Assembly: GCA_947504725.1 (NCBI GenBank)
Contig: CANNHN010000003.1
Span: 88,945 to 152,944, forward strand
DNA length: 64,000 nucleotides
Direction of reading: 5' to 3'
Origin: Bacteroidota bacterium
Lineage (GTDB): Bacteria; Bacteroidota; Bacteroidia; 2-12-FULL-35-15
This document shows, one piece after another, positions 20,791 through 28,672 of the stretch. How positions within the stretch are numbered: position 1 is the first letter of the stretch; every line of letters begins with the position of its first letter. A program made the translations under genes and the position numbers. The notes under the pieces were generated by a model that was not told the origin of the DNA, did not search any database, and saw nothing but the letters and a program-made list of their open reading frames with translations.

Positions 20791-21438
20791 ATGGTACATG
20801 TTTTAGGAGCAAATAATTCAATTTTTAATCAATATATTTCTGAAATACGTGATGTAAATGTTCAAAAAGATAGTATGCGTTTTCGCAGAAACTTAGAACG
20901 TATGGGAGAGATTATGGCTTATGAAATAAGCAAAACATTGGTGTATAAACTAGAAGATGTAACTACACCTTTAGGTATTGCAAATGTTTCTGTGCCATCT
21001 GAACAACCGGTTGTTGCAACTATTTTGCGTGCAGGTTTGCCTTTGCATCATGGGATATTAAATTATTTTGATAAAGGCCAAAATGCTTTTATTTCTGCTT
21101 ATCGCAAACATCATAAAGATGGTAGTTTTGATATTCATGTAGAATATATGGCTTCTCCTGATTTAACGGATAAAGTATTGATTCTTACTGATCCAATGTT
21201 AGCTTCTGGCGCGTCAATGGTGCTAGCTTATCAAGCGTTAATGAAAAGAGGGATTCCGGCTCATACGCATATTGTTGCTATTATTGCAAGTACAGAAGGT
21301 GTTGAATATGTTAAAAAAAATTTACCATTAAATGTCACTTTATGGGTTGGTGCTTTGGATGAAGAATTGACTGCTCAGTCATATATAGTTCCTGGATTAG
21401 GTGATGCTGGGGACTTAGCTTATGGTGAAAAAATCTAA
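20791..21438 (+). CDS. upp: uracil phosphoribosyltransferase
   Basis: The PRPP-binding loop is VLILTDPMLASGASM, and the C-terminal uracil-binding motif YIVPGLGDAGD is present. Confidence 0.85.
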   Translation: MVHVLGANNSIFNQYISEIRDVNVQKDSMRFRRNLERMGEIMAYEISKTLVYKLEDVTTPLGIANVSVPSEQPVVATILRAGLPLHHGILNYFDKGQNAFISAYRKHHKDGSFDIHVEYMASPDLTDKVLILTDPMLASGASMVLAYQALMKRGIPAHTHIVAIIASTEGVEYVKKNLPLNVTLWVGALDEELTAQSYIVPGLGDAGDLAYGEKI

Positions 21439-21450
21439 TTTATAGTTGAC

Positions 21451-21930
21451 ATGGACGAGTGGTGGGAAATTCTTTCCGTTTTTTTATTTAGTACAATTAA
21501 ATTCTTTTTCGGTGGAGTTCCATTGGCTTTAGGATATAATTTTTCACATTTGGAAAGTATTTTTGTTACTTCTGCCGGTGGATGCACAGGTGTTGCTTTT
21601 TTTGTTTCTGCAAGTGATAGACTAATTGCATATTTCAAAAAAAGTGCTGCTCAAAAACGTTTAAATAATCCCAATTTACCTCCAAAGAAAAAATTCACAC
21701 GCACCAATAGAGTTATTATTGGCGTGAAAAGACGATTTGGATTATGGGGTTTTTCTATGATTGTACCTTTTTTAATTCCTATTCCGTTGGGTTGCTTTTT
21801 AGCAGTGCGCTATTTTGATCATAAAATTAAAATTATGTCTGCTTTATTTGTCTCAGTTGTATTCTGGGCTGTAGTTGGAGCATTTTTGTATAAACCTCTT
21901 TTTGATGCCATACGAAACTTTATTCCTTGA
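21451..21930 (+). CDS. hypothetical small membrane protein
   Basis: A 159-aa protein with 3-4 predicted TM helices and no motif. Its 3' end overlaps the likely start of the next gene. Confidence 0.35.
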   Translation: MDEWWEILSVFLFSTIKFFFGGVPLALGYNFSHLESIFVTSAGGCTGVAFFVSASDRLIAYFKKSAAQKRLNNPNLPPKKKFTRTNRVIIGVKRRFGLWGFSMIVPFLIPIPLGCFLAVRYFDHKIKIMSALFVSVVFWAVVGAFLYKPLFDAIRNFIP

Positions 21931-22597
21931 TTTAGATCATACGCTTTGGGATTTTGAAACAAATTCCAAAGAAGCGCTCTCTGAAATTGCAGATAATCAT
22001 CAACTATTAAATAAAGGAATTCCTTCTTTGGAAGCTTTTCTGAAAGAGTATTTTATTATCAATGAACTCCTATGGGAGGATTATAGAAAAAATATTATTT
22101 CAAAAGAGACATTGCGTTACAACCGTTTTCATAAAGCATTAAAAAAATTTGATATTGACGACTTTGATTTAGCCACAGCTATTGGTAACGATTATGTAAA
22201 CAGCGCTCCGTATAAAACTAACCTTTTTCCTCATGCTATAGAAGTGCTCGAATATCTGAAAGGAAAATACGACTTGCATATTATCACAAACGGATTCGAA
22301 GAAGTACAACATCTCAAATTAAAGAATTCAAAAATTGACCACTACTTCGATCATATTATTACTTCCGAGCGTTCAGGATTCAAGAAACCAGACGAGAGAA
22401 TGTTTCACTTTTCATTGGAACTTGCAAATGCAAATCCCGAAACCAGCATTATGATTGGTGATAGTTTGGAAGCAGATGTGTTAGGAGCAAAAAGTGTAGG
22501 AATGCATCAGGTGTATTTTAATCCAGATGAGAAAAAACACGGTGAAGAGCTTACACACGAAATAAAGAGCTTGAATGAATTGCTCCACATCCTCTAA
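21905..22597 (+). CDS. HAD-superfamily hydrolase, YjjG-like (pyrimidine 5'-nucleotidase subfamily IA)
   Basis: Motif I is FLDLDHTLWDF (DxD nucleophile) and motif IV is the GD at MIGDSLEADV. The ATG at 21905 (MPYETLFLDLDHT) is the plausible start. Confidence 0.65.
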   Translation: MPYETLFLDLDHTLWDFETNSKEALSEIADNHQLLNKGIPSLEAFLKEYFIINELLWEDYRKNIISKETLRYNRFHKALKKFDIDDFDLATAIGNDYVNSAPYKTNLFPHAIEVLEYLKGKYDLHIITNGFEEVQHLKLKNSKIDHYFDHIITSERSGFKKPDERMFHFSLELANANPETSIMIGDSLEADVLGAKSVGMHQVYFNPDEKKHGEELTHEIKSLNELLHIL

Positions 22598-22600
22598 ACA

Positions 22601-22641
22601 AAAAAAATCCCCTCCGAAATAATCGAAGGGGATTTTTTTAT
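22601..22641. terminator. bidirectional rho-independent terminator
   Basis: The sequence is aaaaaaaatcccctccgaaataatcgaaggggattttttt: an ~11-bp GC-containing stem with an A-tract upstream and a T-tract downstream. It lies between the convergent genes 21905-22597 (+) and 22655-22951 (-). Confidence 0.6.
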
Positions 22642-22654
22642 GATTTAACAAAAA

Positions 22655-22951
22655 CTATTTTTCAGTTTTTGTTTCAGTAGCTGTAGCAGTTGCAGTTCCT
22701 TTTGATTTGCAACAAGATTTACCTTCTGCTTTTTCGCCAGAACATGCTTTTGCTTCTGTTTTTTCTCCAGAACAAGCTTTAGCACTTCCTTCTTTTTTGC
22801 AACATTCTTTTTTGTCTTTTTTCTTTTTGTCATCGCCTTTTTTGTCGTCACCTTTAACAGTTTCAACAGTTGCTTTAGTAGAAACTAAAGTTGTAGCAGA
22901 TGCAGCACCAACAATTCCTGTGAATGCTAATAATAAAAATAATTTTTTCAT
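22655..22951 (-). CDS. small secreted Cys/Lys-rich protein with an internal tandem duplication
   Basis: The signal peptide is MKKLFLLLAFTGIVGAASA. The mature region is KK/CC-rich and contains AKACSGEKTEAK / AKACSGEKAEGK repeats. The matching ~40-nt direct repeat is visible in the DNA. The ATG at 22951 is preferred over the upstream start in the ORF track. Confidence 0.5.
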   Translation of the reverse strand: MKKLFLLLAFTGIVGAASATTLVSTKATVETVKGDDKKGDDKKKKDKKECCKKEGSAKACSGEKTEAKACSGEKAEGKSCCKSKGTATATATETKTEK

Positions 22952-23085
22952 GTGGTTTATGGTTTTAAATGGTTGTTTCAATTATTATATAACCTAAAAT
23001 TAATTAAAATATTTGATTTGTTTCCAATTTTAACATTTATAATTGTTAAATGGTGTTAAATGGCAATCGATAGTTTGAAGTCAGC

Positions 23086-23180
23086 AGGATCTTGTCCCCC
23101 TTTGAAGGGGGCTGGGGGATGATGATAGTCTTTATCAACAGGGAGATCCCGTGTCGTGGCACGGGATGACGGTTTCGAGA
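23086..23180. repeat. Family-C structured repeat (GGGAGATCCCGTGTCGTGGCACGGGATGACG hairpin) with an adjacent CCCCC-TTTGAA-GGGGG hairpin
   Basis: The perfect palindrome ATCCCGTG-tcgtgg-CACGGGAT lies at 23146-23167. A second copy set is at 54233-54330. The G+C content is high against an AT-rich background. Confidence 0.6.
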
Positions 23181-23202
23181 AAGTTGGTGGATCGATTGAG
23201 GT

Positions 23203-23862
23203 CTACTCAAAAGTAGCAATCACGGTCTCTGGACCAGTTACTTTTTGCTCTAGGCTCACCTTCACTTTAACAGATAAAGGCAGTAATAAATCCACTCTGG
23301 AGCCAAATTTAATGAAGCCAAATTCACTGCATTGAGTAGCAGTATCGTTTTCTTTGGAATAATTCACAATTCGTCTAGCCATTGCTCCAGCAATTTGACG
23401 GAACAATACTTCCTGCCCGTTTTTATGCTTTACTACAATGGTTGTCCGTTCATTATCCGTTGACGATTTTGGATGCCATGCTACCAAAAATAATCCAGGA
23501 TGGTATTTCGAATACTTTACAATTCCACTTATCGGATAACGATTGATGTGCACATTTATTGGCGACATGAAAATTGAAATCTGTAAACGTTTGTCGTTGA
23601 AATATTCGGTTTCCATTACTTCTTCAATCACCACTACCTTCCCATCCGCTGGAGCAACAATGTTGTTCTCATTTATAGTGATGGTGCGATTTGGGTTTCT
23701 GAAAAATTGTAAAATCGTAATTAATAAAAATGCCGACAATGCATATCCAAGCCAGATAACAATTGCATATTCAGAACAAAAATAGTGAGTCAGAAAATTA
23801 ATTAATGCCGCTACAAGTAGCGTTATAATTAATGATGGTATACCTTCTTTGTGAAACTTCAT
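23203..23862 (-). CDS. psd: phosphatidylserine decarboxylase family protein (short bacteroidete type)
   Basis: A 219-aa protein with N-terminal TM helices. The FGSRVD segment is consistent with the G-S self-cleavage site of pyruvoyl-dependent Psd proenzymes. Confidence 0.7.
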   Translation of the reverse strand: MKFHKEGIPSLIITLLVAALINFLTHYFCSEYAIVIWLGYALSAFLLITILQFFRNPNRTITINENNIVAPADGKVVVIEEVMETEYFNDKRLQISIFMSPINVHINRYPISGIVKYSKYHPGLFLVAWHPKSSTDNERTTIVVKHKNGQEVLFRQIAGAMARRIVNYSKENDTATQCSEFGFIKFGSRVDLLLPLSVKVKVSLEQKVTGPETVIATFE

Positions 23863-23874
23863 ATTATATCTTTT

Positions 23875-23899
23875 GTCAGCCTGAGCGTAGTCGAATGGC
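23875..23899. repeat. degenerate Family-A repeat half-site (gtcagcctgagcgtagtcgaatggc)
   Basis: It matches the Family-A consensus at 19 of 25 positions. It abuts the yidC stop codon and lies upstream of psd. Confidence 0.4.
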
Positions 23900-25806
23900 T
23901 ATTTCTTCTTTTGATCTATTTGTTGACGTTGTTTTGTCATCTCTTCCAGTTTCTGCTGAAACTTTGATTGCTTTATTGGTTTCTTTTTATTCTCTTGAAG
24001 TTTAGCATGTAATGCATCGTGATCAATTACAAATTTTTGAATCACCCACGTTTGTCCGAATGTAATCATGTTAGCCAAGAAATAATACCAGCTTAATCCC
24101 GCTGAATAGCTATTCATAAATCCTAAGAACATAATTGGCATCAAATACATCATCCATTTCATTCCAGGCATTTGATTGCTAGTTCCCATTAACTGACTAT
24201 TGCTCCAAGTGTATAATAATGTTGAACCTGTCATTAATAAAGCAAACAAACTCATGTGATCACCATATATAGAATGGATAACAGGAATGTTACCGAAATT
24301 CCAAACTGAATCATACGTAGATAAATCGTGTGCCCATAGGAAACTTTGTTGACGCAATTCAATAGATGCAGGGAAGAAGTTGAACAAGGCAATTAAAATC
24401 GGCATTTGTAACAATACAGGAATACAACCAGCCATTGGATTTACTCCTGCTGATTTGTACAATGCCATTGTCGCTTGTTGCTTTTTAATCGGGTCATCAT
24501 TTTTATGCTTCTCATTGATCTCATCAATTTCTGGTTTTAACACACGCATTTTCGCGGATGATAAAATCGTTTTGTAGGCGATAGGTAAAAGCAATAACTT
24601 TAAAATGATGGTTAAAATCAAAATGATGATACCATAATTTAAATCGAAACTATCTAAGAAATGAAATATTGGAATAGTTAAGAATCTGTTTAGCCAACCA
24701 AAAATTTTCCATCCTAAGTTGATTTGTTTTTCCAATTCCAAATCATATTTTTTTAATGTTTGAAAATGATTTGGACCAAAGTAAAAACGCATGCCAATCG
24801 ATTCAGTTGGATTGGTGTACGGAATAGAGATTGCAGCATGGTATTCTTTAACATAGTTTAAAGAGCCTTGTTGAGAAACTGTTTCGAGTTCTGTTTCTTT
24901 ATTAAATGTGTTGTCTGCAATAATTACAGAAGTAAAAAATTGTTGTTTGAATCCAATCCATTTTACTGGAAATTCCATTGGTAACTTTTCGTATGTCGAC
25001 TCACTTATTTTATCTACATTTTCAGTAGGATTTTTAAAATAAATGGTGGAAGCCATTTGTTGGTTATTATGGCTGAACTCCTGCATTGGAGTTTTCATCC
25101 CCCAATTCATGGTAATGCTACCGTTGGTTGTAATAATGTTTTGCATTCCAACTGTATTGATTCGGAAACCCATCATGTATTCGTCTCCAATTAAGGAATA
25201 AACGTATTCAATGTATTTAGCTTTGTCACCAGCATAAAGGCGCATTGCTATACTTTTTGTCTCAGTTCCCTTAATATTAAAACTAGACCCTTCCGGACTA
25301 AAAAATAATGAATCGGTTGCAAATTCTTTTCCGAAAGCTTTGATTGTTAAGTTCTGAGTCGAAGAATCAGCATCAAATAAGATGAGTGGTTTTTGGTCAA
25401 ATGTTTTGTAATTTTTTAATTCTACAGAAGTAATTCTACCACCTTTAGGAGAGATGGAAACTTTCATCACTTCATTTTCTAAAAGAATTGTTTTGTTGTC
25501 GCCTGTTGAAGCATCAGCAAAATCACCATACACTTGTTTTTTTAGAAGCGACTGAATAGAATCGTTTACTTTTCCTGTCGAGTCTCTTAATAATGAAACC
25601 GGAATTCCAGCAACAATTGCAGGTTGAACTACTTTAGCAACTGTTTCTTTAGCAATTTTTTCGTTCGTTTTGTATTGAGCAACGGAGTCGGCAATGTAAA
25701 GTTCTTTTTTCTTTGCCAATTCTTCTGCTGAAGGTTGACTTAATACCATCCAGCCAATTAAGATGGCTCCAATCAGTAATAACCCGGTAATCGATTTTTT
25801 ATCCAT
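23899..25806 (-). CDS. yidC: membrane protein insertase YidC
   Basis: A 635-aa protein with an N-terminal TM, a large periplasmic domain, and the C-terminal conserved 5-TM core (…LLQMPILIALFNFF…WAHDLSTYD…). Confidence 0.85.
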   Translation of the reverse strand: MDKKSITGLLLIGAILIGWMVLSQPSAEELAKKKELYIADSVAQYKTNEKIAKETVAKVVQPAIVAGIPVSLLRDSTGKVNDSIQSLLKKQVYGDFADASTGDNKTILLENEVMKVSISPKGGRITSVELKNYKTFDQKPLILFDADSSTQNLTIKAFGKEFATDSLFFSPEGSSFNIKGTETKSIAMRLYAGDKAKYIEYVYSLIGDEYMMGFRINTVGMQNIITTNGSITMNWGMKTPMQEFSHNNQQMASTIYFKNPTENVDKISESTYEKLPMEFPVKWIGFKQQFFTSVIIADNTFNKETELETVSQQGSLNYVKEYHAAISIPYTNPTESIGMRFYFGPNHFQTLKKYDLELEKQINLGWKIFGWLNRFLTIPIFHFLDSFDLNYGIIILILTIILKLLLLPIAYKTILSSAKMRVLKPEIDEINEKHKNDDPIKKQQATMALYKSAGVNPMAGCIPVLLQMPILIALFNFFPASIELRQQSFLWAHDLSTYDSVWNFGNIPVIHSIYGDHMSLFALLMTGSTLLYTWSNSQLMGTSNQMPGMKWMMYLMPIMFLGFMNSYSAGLSWYYFLANMITFGQTWVIQKFVIDHDALHAKLQENKKKPIKQSKFQQKLEEMTKQRQQIDQKKK

Positions 25807-25977
25807 TATAACAAATGTAAATCTTGATTTTTTATAGGGCGCAAAGATAACAATTATTTGTAGCTCAATAGGGTATTACAAAAGAGATTATGCCTATATT
25901 TTCCTAAATGAGCCTCACGCTAATAAATAAGACGAATGGGAGAGCATTTTACTTTATAAACTGTGGTTTTAGGCATT

Positions 25978-26012
25978 AAAAAGCCCCGTCCTTTTATTCA
26001 GGACGGGGCTTT
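25978..26012. terminator. rho-independent terminator downstream of gene 26029-26676 (-)
   Basis: The sequence is aaaagccccgtccttttattcaggacggggctttt: a 10-bp GC-rich stem flanked by A and T runs. Confidence 0.55.
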
Positions 26013-26028
26013 TAATCTTAAAAGATGC

Positions 26029-26676
26029 TTATTTCTCGAATTTGTTGTATCCTTTTGGGATTTCGAATACAGCAGGGTCAATCTCTTTTTTAGTAATTTT
26101 TGTTACTTCCAATCTGCTATTTTCTTTTCCAGCTAAATCCGTTTGGAAAGATAACATAGGGAACATGTTTTTAATGTCTGAAATCTGTAAAAAATAAACA
26201 GCTGATTTTTCTTTACGATTCAATTGGCGCAATAGTTTTTCGAAAAACGAAAACTTGCCGTCAGCAATGTAATACGTGATTTGTGTGTTCTCTTCATTGT
26301 TTGTGACAATATACTCTACACATTTAAATCCTTGAAGATTTTTAACGTTTTGACCTTTTTTAACACTACAAGTTCCTTTAATTACTGGAGCTGCAGGTGT
26401 GTTTTGATCGCCATATAATTTTCTATCGTGATTTAAAAATTTCATTGTTTTAGCCTCTACATCTACTAAAAATGAACCTTCTACTTTTCGAGATTTTGAT
26501 CCGATTTCATCAATACGAATCATGTTGTCTTTAATAGTGTAAACATAACTAGTAGTGTCTATTGTTGTAGATTTCTTGAATTCGATTATGCCTTCAAACG
26601 ATTGCGCAACTGTAGTAAAAGAGAATGCAATCATAACTGCAACTACTGTGATTAGTTTTAAAATAGATTTTTTCAT
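26029..26676 (-). CDS. hypothetical secreted protein (possibly DUF4412-like)
   Basis: It has a signal peptide and a beta-rich sequence. No catalytic motifs are seen. Confidence 0.4.
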   Translation of the reverse strand: MKKSILKLITVVAVMIAFSFTTVAQSFEGIIEFKKSTTIDTTSYVYTIKDNMIRIDEIGSKSRKVEGSFLVDVEAKTMKFLNHDRKLYGDQNTPAAPVIKGTCSVKKGQNVKNLQGFKCVEYIVTNNEENTQITYYIADGKFSFFEKLLRQLNRKEKSAVYFLQISDIKNMFPMLSFQTDLAGKENSRLEVTKITKKEIDPAVFEIPKGYNKFEK

Positions 26677-26847
26677 TTGTATAAATTTTTGTTTTAGTTT
26701 ATTCTACCGCACTACTGTGCTAAAATAGTAATTTTTTTCAAGAGCAATGCGTGTATTCCAAAAGTTGTACCAAAAATTATAAACATATGATTTGGCGGTG
26801 AGAATTCTCATATTTGCCCGATTTTAATTTAATTCAAAGAGTTTATT

Positions 26848-27207
26848 ATGGCGGAACACAATATTACAGGCAAAAAAGGCGAGGAAATGGCGGCAATATT
26901 TCTTAAAGAAAATGGATATACCATTTTAGAGACCAATTGGAGGTTTATGAATTTGGAAGCGGATATTATTGCGATTACTGATAAAATACTTGTGATTGTG
27001 GAGGTAAAAACAAGGAAAAGTAATTATTTTGGTGAGCCCGAAAGCTTTGTCAATCGGCAAAAACAAAAAAACTTAATAAAAGCAGCAAATGCTTATATAG
27101 AAAGAAATCAATTCGACTTAGAAGTCCGATTTGATATAGTTTCGGTAGTTTTAAACGACAGTAATGCAATTAAACATATTGAAGACGCTTTTTATCCTTT
27201 GTTGTAG
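26848..27207 (+). CDS. yraN: YraN-family (UPF0102) putative endonuclease
   Basis: A 119-aa protein. GEEMAAIFLKENGYTILETNWRF...EADIIA...VIVEVKTR matches the YraN/PD-(D/E)xK-like pattern. Confidence 0.7.
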   Translation: MAEHNITGKKGEEMAAIFLKENGYTILETNWRFMNLEADIIAITDKILVIVEVKTRKSNYFGEPESFVNRQKQKNLIKAANAYIERNQFDLEVRFDIVSVVLNDSNAIKHIEDAFYPLL

Positions 27208-27261
27208 GAATATCCTCTGTTAGATGCGATCCGGCTTCAAAACCTTTTATTTTGCTTATCT

Positions 27262-28590
27262 TTGCAAAAATATATGAACATGGCAAAGGTATTCAAACGC
27301 AAAACAGGGAAAGATTTTAAAGGGAAACCTTCATTTGATGCAAAAAAAGGTGAGGATCAAAAGTCTGAATTTCCTAAGTCTAAGCATTCCGATAGTGAAT
27401 CAAAGTCCTATTCTTCAAAAGATAGAAAAGAGAAACGTGAAAGTAAACCTGCTTTCGAGCGTTTTCGTGATGAATCAAGACCTTCCGATTTTGGAACGTC
27501 TAAAAGAAAAAATGATTCTCGCTCCGAGGATTATAAAAAAGAAAGATCTTCAGATGATTCCTCTTTTCCTAAAAAAGAGTTTCCTAAAAAAGAATCCTCT
27601 TTTGAAAAAAAGAAAGATGGTAGAAGCGCTAAGCCTTTTGCTAAAAGACCATTTGATAAAAAATCGAGTTCTATTAAACAATCGTCTTCTGCAAATCCAT
27701 ACGATTTAGATGATAAAGATTTTGATTATGAAAAGCCTAAAGCGTCTTTTGATAAAGACAAAGGAAAAGGTTTTAAAGGTAGAGGATATGAGAAAAAAGC
27801 ATATGTAAAAAAAACGTGGACTAAAAAAGATTCTCCTGAAAAAAAATCACGTGAAGAAGATGATGGTAGCATGCGTTTAAATAAATACATTGCGAATGCT
27901 GGTATATGTTCTCGCAGAGAGGCAGATGATTTAATATCTTCTGGTGTAGTTCAAGTAAATGGAAAAACCATTACTGAAATGGGCTATCGCGTTAAGCAAA
28001 CAGACATTATTAAATATGGTGGACAAACGCTTAAAAAAGAACGTTTGATATACCTTATTTTAAATAAACCCAAAGATTATATCACGACTGCTGATGATCC
28101 TCAAAAACGCAGAACTGTTTTGGAGTTGATAGCAGGTGCTTGTAAGGAGCGAATTTATCCTGTTGGTCGTTTGGATAGAGCTACCACGGGTTTGCTGATG
28201 TTTACAAATGATGGTGATTTGACAAAAAAATTAACACATCCGAAATATGGTGTGCGTAAAATTTACCATGTGGAGTTGGATAAACCCTTGAAACGTGTTG
28301 ATATGGACAAAATTACGGAAGGATTGGAGTTGGAAGACGGTCCGATTAAAGTAGATGAAATTACATATGTAGCAAATGGTGTTGATAAAACACAGGTTGG
28401 TGTAGAAATTCACTCCGGTAAAAATCGAATTGTTAGAAGAATATTTGAACATATGGGTTACAATGTTCGTAAGCTGGATAGAGTTATGTTTGGCTCTCTC
28501 ACTAAAAAAGACCTTTCTCGAGGTCGTTGGCGAATCCTTACAGATTCGGAAGTTGGAATGTTGAAAATGATTAGTACTGAGAAGGAATAA
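27262..28590 (+). CDS. rluB: rRNA pseudouridine synthase, RluB/RsuA family, with a ~200-aa Lys/Ser/Glu/Asp-rich low-complexity N-terminal extension
   Basis: The S4 domain is MRLNKYIANAGICSRREADDLISSGVVQVNG. The catalytic block is YPVGRLDRATTGLLMFTNDGD, which carries the catalytic Asp motif. Confidence 0.75.
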   Translation: MQKYMNMAKVFKRKTGKDFKGKPSFDAKKGEDQKSEFPKSKHSDSESKSYSSKDRKEKRESKPAFERFRDESRPSDFGTSKRKNDSRSEDYKKERSSDDSSFPKKEFPKKESSFEKKKDGRSAKPFAKRPFDKKSSSIKQSSSANPYDLDDKDFDYEKPKASFDKDKGKGFKGRGYEKKAYVKKTWTKKDSPEKKSREEDDGSMRLNKYIANAGICSRREADDLISSGVVQVNGKTITEMGYRVKQTDIIKYGGQTLKKERLIYLILNKPKDYITTADDPQKRRTVLELIAGACKERIYPVGRLDRATTGLLMFTNDGDLTKKLTHPKYGVRKIYHVELDKPLKRVDMDKITEGLELEDGPIKVDEITYVANGVDKTQVGVEIHSGKNRIVRRIFEHMGYNVRKLDRVMFGSLTKKDLSRGRWRILTDSEVGMLKMISTEKE

Positions 28591-28672
28591 TACTAAACTT
28601 ATTCACTTTCCGTTATTGATAACATCTTAATGCCATACAAAGTATTGCAGGCTTTTATTGTAAACTTTGTAA

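Noticed and set aside
22645-22997. Alternative ORFs 22645-22866 (-) and 22707-22997 (+) overlapping the Cys/Lys-rich peptide gene.
   Set aside because: Only the 22655-22951 minus frame yields a canonical signal peptide followed by a coherent repeat-containing mature peptide. The others are frame-shifted readings of the same purine-rich repeat.
27335-27709. A 124-aa + ORF inside rluB.
   Set aside because: It is an out-of-frame reading of the AAG/AAA-rich tract that encodes the low-complexity RluB N-terminal tail.
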